Translations under genes and position numbers: made by a program | Shown here: piece by piece, positions 18,018 to 31,244 of the stretch | How the letters are laid out: every line of letters starts with the position of its first letter | How positions within the stretch are numbered: position 1 is the first letter of the stretch | The notes under the pieces: model-generated | What the model was told of the DNA's origin: nothing | What the model saw: the letters and a program-made list of their open reading frames with translations, nothing else | Databases searched by the model: none | Assembly (NCBI GenBank): GCA_944392595.1 | Contig: CALXXD010000001.1 | Coordinates: 3,008 to 67,007 of the forward strand | Origin: an uncultured Alphaproteobacteria bacterium | GTDB lineage: Bacteria > Pseudomonadota > Alphaproteobacteria > Rs-D84 | DNA length: 64,000 nt | Reading direction: 5' to 3'

Positions 18018-18065
18018 ATTATATCACAAAAAATCGTAAAAATAAAACCCCGCTGGGTGGCGGGG
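18018..18065 (-). promoter_or_regulatory. Terminator-promoter module, copy 2
   Basis: On the minus strand: ccccgc-caccca-gcgggg, ttttatttttacgattttttgtga, TATAAT, ttaccatt, ATG (18009). Confidence 0.55.
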
Positions 18066-18067
18066 GA

Positions 18068-18736
18068 TTATCGCGTGTTTTGAATCAAATTACGAACGCG
18101 ATTTTGTTCAGGTATTATGTGTCGTGTGTAAATTTTCCAAAATAAATTCTGGGCGCGGTTAAATAAATTGGGGTTATTATCGCGCTTGATAACCACTGTG
18201 CGGTTTTGCCCGGATATAACAAACCCAGATTCTGATTCAGGACTTGGGATATGCCCCAACATCATATTGCCCACAAAAATCTGATACATATCGGAAACGT
18301 GCAATATAACGACTTGATTGGTGGCGGTACGCAAAGTGCGCGCCAAATCCACATCATGCACCAGTAATACTTTTTTCGCACTGTGCAACGTGTCCGAAAT
18401 CCTGGTCAGCACCATTGTCGCGGTAAATTCATCATCTGTCATATTATCGGTGTGATGATTTTTTGTAATCTTGTCAGAAAATTTCTGAATCCGCGCACGG
18501 GTACGCATACGACGCGTATATATTTTATCAACACGACTGATTAACCTGTCGGTGGCGGCGGAAATATCGTCCGTCATTTTAACGGGCTGGTCAAAGAAAG
18601 ATAAATCCACCGGCAATCCATATTTACGCGTAATAACCAGGTCGTTTATATAAATCTTGTCATTGCGTACAATGGCATTGGCGGCATCGCGAGACCCATA
18701 CCGAATTGCTTGCAAAATATCAGCCACGTTTGACAT
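18068..18736 (-). CDS. Hypothetical protein (222 aa)
   Basis: Long ORF that starts 2 nt after the stop of the upstream ORF. No recognisable motif. Confidence 0.55.
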   Translation of the reverse strand: MSNVADILQAIRYGSRDAANAIVRNDKIYINDLVITRKYGLPVDLSFFDQPVKMTDDISAATDRLISRVDKIYTRRMRTRARIQKFSDKITKNHHTDNMTDDEFTATMVLTRISDTLHSAKKVLLVHDVDLARTLRTATNQVVILHVSDMYQIFVGNMMLGHIPSPESESGFVISGQNRTVVIKRDNNPNLFNRAQNLFWKIYTRHIIPEQNRVRNLIQNTR

Positions 18737-18738
18737 TA

Positions 18739-19206
18739 TTATTTAACCTTTTGATTCATTAACACACGGACACAGCGAATAACCTTTTGATCAGTATATA
18801 ATTGGTATGCGGTATCGGCCGCAATGTTGGACGCCGCATCAAACAAAGTCATATACATCCCGTTGCAAATCCAACCTGTTTCACCAACGTTAAATTTCAC
18901 GTTATACCATGCAACACGGTTTTTGCGACGATCTGCATCCGCAATCGGCGTGCGACGCACCTGGGATTCAAAATTATACGGCACCGAACTGTTCGCGGCG
19001 GTTTGGACACATATCTCGCGCAGTTCCAACGGACGGCCGTTGATCGTCTGATTTGCCCAGAATTGTTTTGCATGTTCAAAATAATATGAAATCATACTTA
19101 ATTTAGTTTGCGGATAACCGTAATAATAACGATTTCCACGCGCATCGTCGGAATGAACGCCATTTGAATTTATAATCACTTTCTGTTGCCTTGCACTGGG
19201 TACCAT
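18739..19206 (-). CDS. Hypothetical protein (155 aa)
   Basis: A CAGGAG RBS is present. It is the first gene after the rRNA terminator, in the same orientation. No recognisable motif. Confidence 0.55.
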   Translation of the reverse strand: MVPSARQQKVIINSNGVHSDDARGNRYYYGYPQTKLSMISYYFEHAKQFWANQTINGRPLELREICVQTAANSSVPYNFESQVRRTPIADADRRKNRVAWYNVKFNVGETGWICNGMYMTLFDAASNIAADTAYQLYTDQKVIRCVRVLMNQKVK

Positions 19207-19233
19207 GATGTAAAAAACTCCTGTATTTTGGGT

Positions 19234-19258
19234 TAAAAAAACCGCCCGTGGGCGGTTA
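19234..19258 (-). terminator. Intrinsic terminator of the rRNA operon
   Basis: On the minus strand: aaccgccc-acg-ggcggttttttt, about 30 nt downstream of 5S. Confidence 0.7.
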
Positions 19259-19290
19259 AACTCGGTTTTTATGTCGATAACTGGATTTAT

Positions 19291-19404
19291 TCTGGCGACG
19301 ACCTACTCTTCCGTGGCTTAAGCCAAAGTACCATCGGCGATACGGGGTTTCCCTGTCTGGTTCGGGATGGAACAGAGGGTGACTCCCGCTCTATAATCAC
19401 CAGA
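19291..19404 (-). rRNA. rrf: 5S ribosomal RNA
   Basis: The reverse complement reads tctggtgattatagagcgg...ccatcccgaaccag...gtactttgg...agtaggtcgtcgccaga. It is flanked by a complementary processing stem (ctggatttat / ataaatccag). Confidence 0.9.
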
Positions 19405-19504
19405 ATAAATCCAGCGAACAATCGTAAATTCAATCAACCTTGCTTTGAACTTACTCTTCAAGCATACGTTTGACTTCATAAAAAGTCAAACAAAAAGATA
19501 AAAA

Positions 19505-22240
<2,736 letters not shown>

Positions 22241-22543
22241 TTTTATCTTATGCTTGAAGAGAAAGTCCCCAAACACACAAATAACAAATTTAATGAGTTT
22301 TTAAGCATTAGTTGATTCTTGTCTTCTATTGAATTATCACTTTCGTGATTACTCTTCAGAAAGATTTTTGAGATTACGATGTTCAACAAATCAAAATCTT
22401 ATATTGCTATAAAATTCTAACTTGCGACATAAAAACCGATTAACAATGTATTGCTATAAAAGCAGATTCCGAGGATATTACGTTTGGAATATCTGGAATC
22501 AAAGATATTTCGTATCTTTGATTCCAACCTCATCAAAACTTCA

Positions 22544-22620
22544 TGGTGGGTCAGGAAGAACTCGAATCTTCGACCTCCGCTGTATCAGAGCGGCATTCTA
22601 ACCAACTGAACTACTGACCC
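22544..22620 (-). tRNA. tRNA-Ile (anticodon GAT), CCA encoded
   Basis: The reverse complement GGGTCAGTAGTTCAGTTGGTTAGAATGCCGCTCTGATACAGCGGAGGTCGAAGATTCGAGTTCTTCCTGACCCACCA folds as a 7/4/5/5 cloverleaf with anticodon loop CTGATAC. Confidence 0.95.
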
Positions 22621-22746
22621 AAGATTTATCCGGTGTACGAAATTATCCGTTATCAAATAGTTCCGCTGATACCAGAATCGTTTCAAAAAGAGATGTTCAG
22701 ACAGTCGTATTTGGATGACCGTTTTCGTGGAAACGGTATTCTCTAT

Positions 22747-24248
<1,502 letters not shown>

Positions 24249-24931
24249 TAAAAAACCTGTTAGTAAGCCCTGTGCATAAACAAACCTGACATTATAATCA
24301 GTTCGTCTTTACATAACAATAAATTCGCAAGACAAGTTTTAACGAGGTTTATACATAAACCTACTACCTGTCCAGGATATGCACATTGACTTAGTCAAAG
24401 TTTGGATATTTCCAAATTCAACTGTCTGCACATCCCTTCTTGAATTTTGATGAGCTGCTTTTATTAACAATGTTTGCGTGTTAAGCGGAACCCGATTTCA
24501 TTTGGTTGTTCCGTTAACCGCAGAATTTCAGGGGTTGAGATTTGTTTTTGAACTGTTCCCAACTTGAAAGCCCGCATAGTATGCGCACATTTAACGAAAA
24601 AGTCAAGCAATTTGTTGAAAATAATTTTGAAAAAATCATAAAAATCTTTTTTATCCAGGAAAAAATGCCAGATTTCCGGCGTTTTATCCCAAATCAGATT
24701 TTTTATTTTTTTCTTTTTTTTGCCAATTCGCATCGCCAACACGATTCGAAAACCGGCAAAAACCTGATTCGTTTGGACGTTTTTTATCCAATCAAATCCG
24801 ATTCGTTGATTTATTTTTAACAAAAATGCTGAAATGTGCGCCGTTGGTTGGGATTGCCCAACTCGGCGGGTCAATCACATATATAGCACACATTTTTCGT
24901 TTGTCAAGCACCGGATGACGAGTGGGCGTGG

Positions 24932-25852
24932 GAGTTACTGGTTACTCGTAACTCGTTACTCGTGTTTCACCCTTCGCCAGGGCTTCGGGTGGCAAGCCCC
25001 ACCCCCCGTCGCGCGGAGCGCGCCACCCCCCGCCCGGGATCCACCCACGTAAACTTTGTTTGCGCGGGGCCCGGTGTGGGGCGGTGGGCATTGGTCGTTC
25101 TCGTCACGGGGGTGTGTTGCCCACGATATGGGCGGTGGGTAACAGACCACCCCGCCCAAACCACCCACGAAAAATTGCATTTTCGTGGGGCCCGGTATCG
25201 CGGCACCCCTCCGCAGAGGGGAACTTTATTCCGCAACGATACGAGCCAAGTTCCCCTCCGTTGGAGGGGTGGCGGCTTGCCACCGGGGTGGTAAGAGAGT
25301 GCGGATTTATCCACTTACTCTCTTGTCATTCCCGCGCAGGCGGGAATAGGGCTTGGATTGTTATTAGTTATTTAATTTGGGAAGTTTATTCAGTGTTGTA
25401 TTTTCATCCACCCGCAATCCGCGGCACAATTTAATAGACCCTATTCCCCCCTTATCCACCCCACAAATACATTCGTATTTGCGGGGGCCCGGGTGCGGGA
25501 ATGACAAGAGTTGTGTGTGCTTGGGCACTTAGTCCCCTTTGTCATCGCGAGGGAGTGAAACGACCGTGGCGATCCAGTAAATAAAAAAGCATTGCGGGCA
25601 TTCGCCCGCAGACATATTGCACTGGATTGCCACAGTCGTACGACAACGTTTTCAACGTTTCGCGCTCCTTCGCAATGACAGTGGAGTTACTGGTTACTAG
25701 TTACTCGTAACTCGTATCCCCACCCCCCGTCGCGCGGAGCGCGACACCCCCCGCCGGAGGCGGTGGGCATTGGCGTGCTCTCGTCACGGGGATATCTTGC
25801 CCACGATATGGGCGATCTGTCACGAGTAACTAGTAACGAGTTACGAGTAACT
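24932..25852. repeat. Mosaic palindromic repeat cluster D (largest; includes a Neisseria dRS3-like attcccgcgcaggcgggaat unit)
   Basis: Built from the same modules as clusters A-C, some in inverted orientation. The 135-nt gtcattgcg... module appears as its reverse complement at about 25540-25680. The cluster is bounded by GTTACTCGT-type arrays. Confidence 0.85.
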
Positions 25853-25882
25853 AAAAAAACGGGGCGGGGCCCCGTTTTTTTT
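25853..25882 (-). terminator. Intrinsic terminator of the 1100-aa gene
   Basis: aaaaaaacggggc-gg-ggccccgtttttttt abuts the stop at 25881. Confidence 0.7.
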
Positions 25883-28800
25883 ACTGTAATGTTATGCTTA
25901 ATATATCACCATACTGTCCGGCTTCTTCTGCGCCGATGTAACACTTGATATGGCTGCCGACCTTGTTCATAAATTCTTCATAGGCGTCTTTTTCTGCTGC
26001 ATCCAGGTTAGACTGCTGGATATCGCGTGTGGCTTTATTCACCAACAATCCACCCGCAGTACCCAATACAACCGTGCCAAGCGCAGACCACACAGGTGTC
26101 AGGTCTTTCTTTTCTTTTTCTTCGCCATCAACCGCATTCAGAGCAACCTGCAAATCATCCAGTGCGGTAATTGCAGACTTCTTGGATGATTCAAGTGCCT
26201 TTTCAACATTTGTATTGTTGTAACCTTTCAAACCAGCGCATTTAGTACTACAGTAGGTATTACCTTTTATTCTGGTTGTGCCATACTCTATATTGCACTG
26301 ACACTCTTGGATATCTTCCGTAGAATCGATATGATCCTGCATGTCTCTGGTAAAGCTCTTTACTGCCCTTGATGCTGTATCTATAAATGCAATATTTGCA
26401 TTTGACTTTTTAGCATTGCTTTCTAAAGAACCCATATACACGTCGATGCTATCGATATCTGCCTCGTCAATATCTTCTACATCTTGCCCCAAATAGCCTT
26501 TTATTCTGGTAATGAACGTGGCGACATCTTTTGCGTCAAACGGTTCTGCTTCTTTCTTGTTATTCAGGCCGGTTAATTTACCGAACACTGAACCATCTGC
26601 GATGCCGGCACCCAAGTATGCACCACCCAGGCCGCCACCAACGGTGCCCAACAATGTTGTCCAGAATTCCGTTCTGCCCTGGCGTGCACGCATATCGGCG
26701 GTTGCGTCGTCCGCAACACTTTGGGCGATATCTTCCAAATCGTCGGCTGGTATCCAACTGCCGCAGGTGAATGAATCACCAACCGCAAAGTACGCATTTG
26801 TCCAAGACGCGTCACGCATGGCTTCCTGGATATCCACATCGTCGGATTGGACGGTCACGCGCATTGCACAGAATGAACCATACAATTCGTTACTGGGGTC
26901 AAAATTATTGCGCGACAAACCATTTACGTTGTAATCGTTTGGCACACGATTATTTCTTAATTTCGCCCACATAAATGTGCTGCCTGTGTCATGGCCAGAC
27001 ATAATGCCGCCATTGTTCTGGGCCAAGCACATATTCTGTTCCTGGGTTAATTTGCTGTTGTATATGGCCTGGGCTTCTTTTTCCAAATCATATACCAATT
27101 CGCTGAACAGATTTTCCGCCGCCAGATTTTGTTGGTAAGCACTGCTGGATATATATATAGGTTCGTCATATATCGTACCATCGGCCGCCACAGTGTCACA
27201 CACACCCTGGGCACCATTATCGGCACGGCACAGCGCGTTACCATTTGCATCAGTCGCACGAACCTGGGTTCCATCTTCGACTGTCCCCAATTTAACAGAC
27301 GAGCCCGCATCCAACCAGCCTTGGCGTACGCTGGACGTGCCTTCACCCCAAGAAGATGTTAAGTTGCCGGGTTGAGAGCTGTTTAACTTTGCAATCTCGA
27401 TATCCAGGTGTTCTTGGCACGCATCGGCGTTCTTGACCGTATCCAGACACAATCCCAATACAATCGTGTAATCCAACACACCGCCGACTTTGTTCATGCT
27501 GTTATCGAATGACGCAGTACCAGTTTGCGTTAATGACGAATAAATATCCGTACGATTGCGATAGCAATTTGTATATTCGTCACCGCACATGGATTTCACG
27601 CAACTTTTCGCGACATTTTCACAACGTGTGCGCAATTGAGCAATTGCGGCGTCGCTGTAACTGGTGGAAAGCGATGCATTCAGCGATGCAACCACACCAA
27701 TCGGATCGTCGGAATTTGCACCATATACTGTGCCGGTGCTGCTGAATCCACCACTGGTAAGCCGCGGGAACAAAACATCGAATGCGCCGGTTTGGTTATA
27801 AGTATATACGTATCCACCAACATCGTCTGGGTTGGCCGCCGCATATTGACAATTCAGGTCTGTATTAACAATAGCCTCGCACCCTGTTTTGATTTGGTCA
27901 TAGGTTGCGCCGCCATTAATTGAATTATTGCCGTCTTGACTGAACACCAAAGCATAGCAAGACGCGCCGGAACCGCCACCACAAACACGCATCACACAGG
28001 ATGAAATCGTATCAGAGCAAGACGATTTTGCCGCAGAATCAAATTGCTGCATAGCATCGCTTATCTTGGCACGCATGGATGAATTCATACGGGCAGCATA
28101 GGCGTCGTCAAAAATCATTTCTTGGTTATCTGGGTCAGCCAACTGGGACGACGACGGCATTGCACCATTGCCCAAGAATGTCGCATAACAATATTTATTT
28201 GCACCAATTGTATCCAAACACGCATTTCTGATGTAACCTTGGGTCTCGGAATTGCTGAATGTATCGGACAATTCCAATAAATCGTTTGCTGATAAATTCA
28301 AATCGCCCGAATTAATTGCGTCCGCCAGATATGCAACGTATCTGGATGAACCACTGATACATTTATATGGATTGGCCGCACATGCGTTCAAGATACACTG
28401 ATCCGCAACCTTGTAACATGTGGAAACGGCATTCACCGCCGCCAAGGCCGCGCCTTCGTCAATCATAACGCCAACACGGCTGTCCGATGTGGGGTTATTT
28501 GCGTTCATAGCAGAACCGAACAGTTCAATTTTGCCCTCGGCCGCGCAACGCGCCAATGTGGAATCGCAATAAACACGCTGTTTTCTGAATTCATTGGTTG
28601 TTGTGCATAATTCAAATTCAGCACCGCAAACATTATCACGCTGCAAACATGTTGTATAACGACGCACACAGTCACCGGTGCTGTACATATTCGCAATTGC
28701 GGCACCAGTAATCATTTGCCCCATAACACTGCCCGCGGTGGGGTATGTGTATTCTGTAACCTCGCCATGTTCGTTCTGAGTTTTGATATTGGACAAAGCG

Positions 28801-29183
28801 GTCGTCGAAGAAGTACCGAACAAATCATTTATGCCCGATGCAGTACATTGCGCCAATACACTTAAACATTTTGGCATTTGCGCATGGAATAAAACGTTGT
28901 TTGTGCATTCTTCGAAATTCGGCCCGCACGCATCAGATGAACTGATACAATCCGTATATGCATCGATACATTCGGCATTATCCAACAAACTGGACGATGT
29001 TGTGGTTGTGCCAACCACACTGGTCGTGCCGGTTAAATACGATGTCATTGTCGGCAAACGACGCGACGCAGTCGTCGCGGGATTCACAACGCCCGGACGC
29101 GCAGTCAATGCATAGGCCGCAGGCACAACACTGCAAACAGCCAGAAATCCAACGATTTTGTTCAGAATTTTCATTCGACTCAC
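25881..29183 (-). CDS. Very large cysteine-rich secreted/membrane-anchored protein (1100 aa)
   Basis: A GGAG RBS and signal peptide MSRMKILNKIVGFLAVCSVVPAAYA|LT are present. A duplicated about 55-aa Cys motif occurs (C..Y..C.....CG..FE.CT...C...LA.C...G...LFG). Two Gly-rich hydrophobic segments lie near the C-terminus (FWTTLLGTVGGGLGGAYLGAGIA and PVWSALGTVVLGTAGGLLV). Confidence 0.7.
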   Translation of the reverse strand: MSRMKILNKIVGFLAVCSVVPAAYALTARPGVVNPATTASRRLPTMTSYLTGTTSVVGTTTTSSSLLDNAECIDAYTDCISSSDACGPNFEECTNNVLFHAQMPKCLSVLAQCTASGINDLFGTSSTTALSNIKTQNEHGEVTEYTYPTAGSVMGQMITGAAIANMYSTGDCVRRYTTCLQRDNVCGAEFELCTTTNEFRKQRVYCDSTLARCAAEGKIELFGSAMNANNPTSDSRVGVMIDEGAALAAVNAVSTCYKVADQCILNACAANPYKCISGSSRYVAYLADAINSGDLNLSANDLLELSDTFSNSETQGYIRNACLDTIGANKYCYATFLGNGAMPSSSQLADPDNQEMIFDDAYAARMNSSMRAKISDAMQQFDSAAKSSCSDTISSCVMRVCGGGSGASCYALVFSQDGNNSINGGATYDQIKTGCEAIVNTDLNCQYAAANPDDVGGYVYTYNQTGAFDVLFPRLTSGGFSSTGTVYGANSDDPIGVVASLNASLSTSYSDAAIAQLRTRCENVAKSCVKSMCGDEYTNCYRNRTDIYSSLTQTGTASFDNSMNKVGGVLDYTIVLGLCLDTVKNADACQEHLDIEIAKLNSSQPGNLTSSWGEGTSSVRQGWLDAGSSVKLGTVEDGTQVRATDANGNALCRADNGAQGVCDTVAADGTIYDEPIYISSSAYQQNLAAENLFSELVYDLEKEAQAIYNSKLTQEQNMCLAQNNGGIMSGHDTGSTFMWAKLRNNRVPNDYNVNGLSRNNFDPSNELYGSFCAMRVTVQSDDVDIQEAMRDASWTNAYFAVGDSFTCGSWIPADDLEDIAQSVADDATADMRARQGRTEFWTTLLGTVGGGLGGAYLGAGIADGSVFGKLTGLNNKKEAEPFDAKDVATFITRIKGYLGQDVEDIDEADIDSIDVYMGSLESNAKKSNANIAFIDTASRAVKSFTRDMQDHIDSTEDIQECQCNIEYGTTRIKGNTYCSTKCAGLKGYNNTNVEKALESSKKSAITALDDLQVALNAVDGEEKEKKDLTPVWSALGTVVLGTAGGLLVNKATRDIQQSNLDAAEKDAYEEFMNKVGSHIKCYIGAEEAGQYGDILSITLQ

Positions 29184-29267
29184 TCCATACTTATTGCTTT
29201 AAGTATAACATAAAATCATATTCTGACAAAGGAAAAATGTATGATTTTTTATGAAATTTGAAACAGT

Positions 29268-30227
29268 TTATCCAATTTCGTCCAATATGGATTTTAATTC
29301 ATACATATCGGCGGGTAATTTTGCCTTGAAATGCAAATTTTCGCCCGTGACCGGATGCGTAAAATCCAAAATTTCTGCATGCAGCATTTGCCCATCGTGA
29401 TTTTTCAAAAATTCCAGTAAATCAGCATCCCGGACGGTCGCCAACCGATTTGATGTGCGTCCGTATAACGGGTCACACAGCACTGGAAAACCATGCGCAG
29501 ATAAATGCACACGTATCTGATGTGTGCGGCCGGTCATCAGGGTGCATCTGAATTCAGAAACCCCCGCACGCGGCCACACGGTTGATACATTTACAATCGT
29601 ATGCGCGGGCTTGCCACCCGATTTAACCAAACTCATTTTTTGCCGATTTCGCGAAGACCGCGCCAAATTTCCCGTTATATCCGCACCGTCCCAATTCGGA
29701 ACACCCCATACAAAGGCAATATATTTACGTGTTAAATCGTGGGATGAAAATATTTTTACCAATCCGCGAAATGCCGCGTCTGATTTCGCGAACACCATAA
29801 CGCCACTGGTATCTTTGTCCAAACGATGAACAACGCCCGGCCGTGTTACCCCGCCCAAAGACGACAGATGTGTATGCGCCAATATATTTTGAACCAATGT
29901 CCCCGTTTTATTGCCTGCCGACGGATACATCACCACGCCACGCGGTTTGTTGATTACAATAATGTCGTCGTCTTCGAATAAAATATCCAAATCAAAATCG
30001 CGGGATATATTATCCGCGGCAACATCCGACGTTTTTTCAGGTATAACCACAGATACCACATCGCCCACGCGCAGGCGCGCCCCCAATTTGGTCGGCGCGT
30101 TATTTAATGTAATTTCCATACGCTGGATTTCAGAACGCGAAAATTCAGGCATCTGGTTGGATAAAAATTTATCCAGGCGCAAATTTGCGTCTGTATCGGT
30201 CACGGAAAATTTACGAATATCGGTCAT
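29268..30227 (-). CDS. rluD: RluA-family 23S rRNA pseudouridine synthase (RluD/RluC-like)
   Basis: An S4-like N-terminus (RLDKFLS...) is followed by the catalytic motif HRLDKDTSGVMVFAKSD. The assignment to D rather than C is uncertain. Confidence 0.8.
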   Translation of the reverse strand: MTDIRKFSVTDTDANLRLDKFLSNQMPEFSRSEIQRMEITLNNAPTKLGARLRVGDVVSVVIPEKTSDVAADNISRDFDLDILFEDDDIIVINKPRGVVMYPSAGNKTGTLVQNILAHTHLSSLGGVTRPGVVHRLDKDTSGVMVFAKSDAAFRGLVKIFSSHDLTRKYIAFVWGVPNWDGADITGNLARSSRNRQKMSLVKSGGKPAHTIVNVSTVWPRAGVSEFRCTLMTGRTHQIRVHLSAHGFPVLCDPLYGRTSNRLATVRDADLLEFLKNHDGQMLHAEILDFTHPVTGENLHFKAKLPADMYELKSILDEIG

Positions 30228-30229
30228 GA

Positions 30230-30712
30230 TTATCTATATTCGTCCCAATCGGGGCCCTTTTCACAATCAGCCAAATCAATTGTTAATTCACGGCCGTTTG
30301 ATTCAACCGGGCATGTCAAGATACCTGTACTTTGTTCGTCATCTGCATCGCGCGTGGCGTTAAGCCACGTGAATTTTATTTCTGTCGGCGCATACAGGCA
30401 CGCAAGGCGCAATTCGCCACTGTGCGTGTTGCGCGGACCAATCCATACACGTACGCCTTCGCCCAGGCCATAGCATGGAAACCCATCCAAATAATACAGC
30501 ACCAATCCACGCCCCACCAAATTCGATGATGGAATGAATTCACCGCGATATTCAGAATAACGCAAACCTGTTAAAGCCTGCCAATCTGTGCTGGTGGAAA
30601 AAATACTGATGCGCGGGGCGGGCGCGGGCGTATTCCCAGATCCTGAATCAGCCGCGAACGCCATATTTATCGTTACCGCACATAATGCAAATATCATCAG
30701 TATGCGTTTCAT
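30230..30712 (-). CDS. Hypothetical secreted protein (160 aa)
   Basis: Signal peptide MKRILMIFALCAVTINMAFA|AD. The gene is tightly packed (0-2 nt gaps) between the zinc-ribbon gene and rluD. Confidence 0.55.
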   Translation of the reverse strand: MKRILMIFALCAVTINMAFAADSGSGNTPAPAPRISIFSTSTDWQALTGLRYSEYRGEFIPSSNLVGRGLVLYYLDGFPCYGLGEGVRVWIGPRNTHSGELRLACLYAPTEIKFTWLNATRDADDEQSTGILTCPVESNGRELTIDLADCEKGPDWDEYR

Positions 30713-31225
30713 TTAATCCCCCTGGGTTTCCAATTCCACAGATATTTTATCAACGTTATCAATCGGTACGGACAATGTATGCCGAAAATTCGCCGACGCA
30801 CCCGCATCCAATAATGTCGCAGGCGGTAAAAAACGTTGGCGTGCGACAATGTTGCCGGCCGCATCATACGAAATCACAACCAACCCCGGCACGCCATAAA
30901 TCTGGGACGAACGATTAACCACACGGCCATCAACAACAAATTGCGATGTGCCGTTTTCTTCGTCTGATTCAATGGATATATCGTCCAATTGAGCCACCAA
31001 TGGATGATTCTGGATTTCAGTCACGCGATGCTGATACATAACCGCAAACGCAAACACCGCCGCCGCCAACAACGCACACAGTGCCGCAATGAATACCAAA
31101 ATCGGGCTGCGACGTGTCTGGCGCGGGATGGTCCATGTATGCCCGCATACCGCACATTTCACAGGCCCCGTCGGCGCGGCGTCCAACGAATATTCTGTTT
31201 TACAAAAATCACATACTGTCTTCAT
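30713..31225 (-). CDS. Zinc-ribbon (MJ0042-type) + TM + DUF3426-like membrane protein, ZitP-like architecture
   Basis: MKTVCDFCKTEYSLD...VKCAVCGHTWTI has two CxxC pairs. A TM helix follows (ILVFIAALCALLAAAVFAFAVMY), then a beta-rich C-terminal domain. The start at M7 (31225) is preferred over 31243. Confidence 0.55.
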   Translation of the reverse strand: MKTVCDFCKTEYSLDAAPTGPVKCAVCGHTWTIPRQTRRSPILVFIAALCALLAAAVFAFAVMYQHRVTEIQNHPLVAQLDDISIESDEENGTSQFVVDGRVVNRSSQIYGVPGLVVISYDAAGNIVARQRFLPPATLLDAGASANFRHTLSVPIDNVDKISVELETQGD

Positions 31226-31244
31226 ACCCCGTTTATACCACAAT

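Noticed and set aside
22249-22543. A second spacer tRNA (tRNA-Ala).
   Set aside because: No acceptor-stem or T-arm pattern occurs on either strand. The only structure is a simple perfect hairpin.
24250-24930. ORFs 24464..24874 (-) and 24542..24820 (+) upstream of the 16S gene. A candidate rRNA promoter (minus strand TTGACT ... TACTAT, plus-strand coordinates about 24576-24606) was also considered.
   Set aside because: The ORFs are AT-rich and low-complexity, overlap each other and lie in the expected rRNA leader. The promoter candidate has a 19-nt spacer to the better -10 hexamer (17 nt only to a weak CATACT). It was therefore not listed as a feature.
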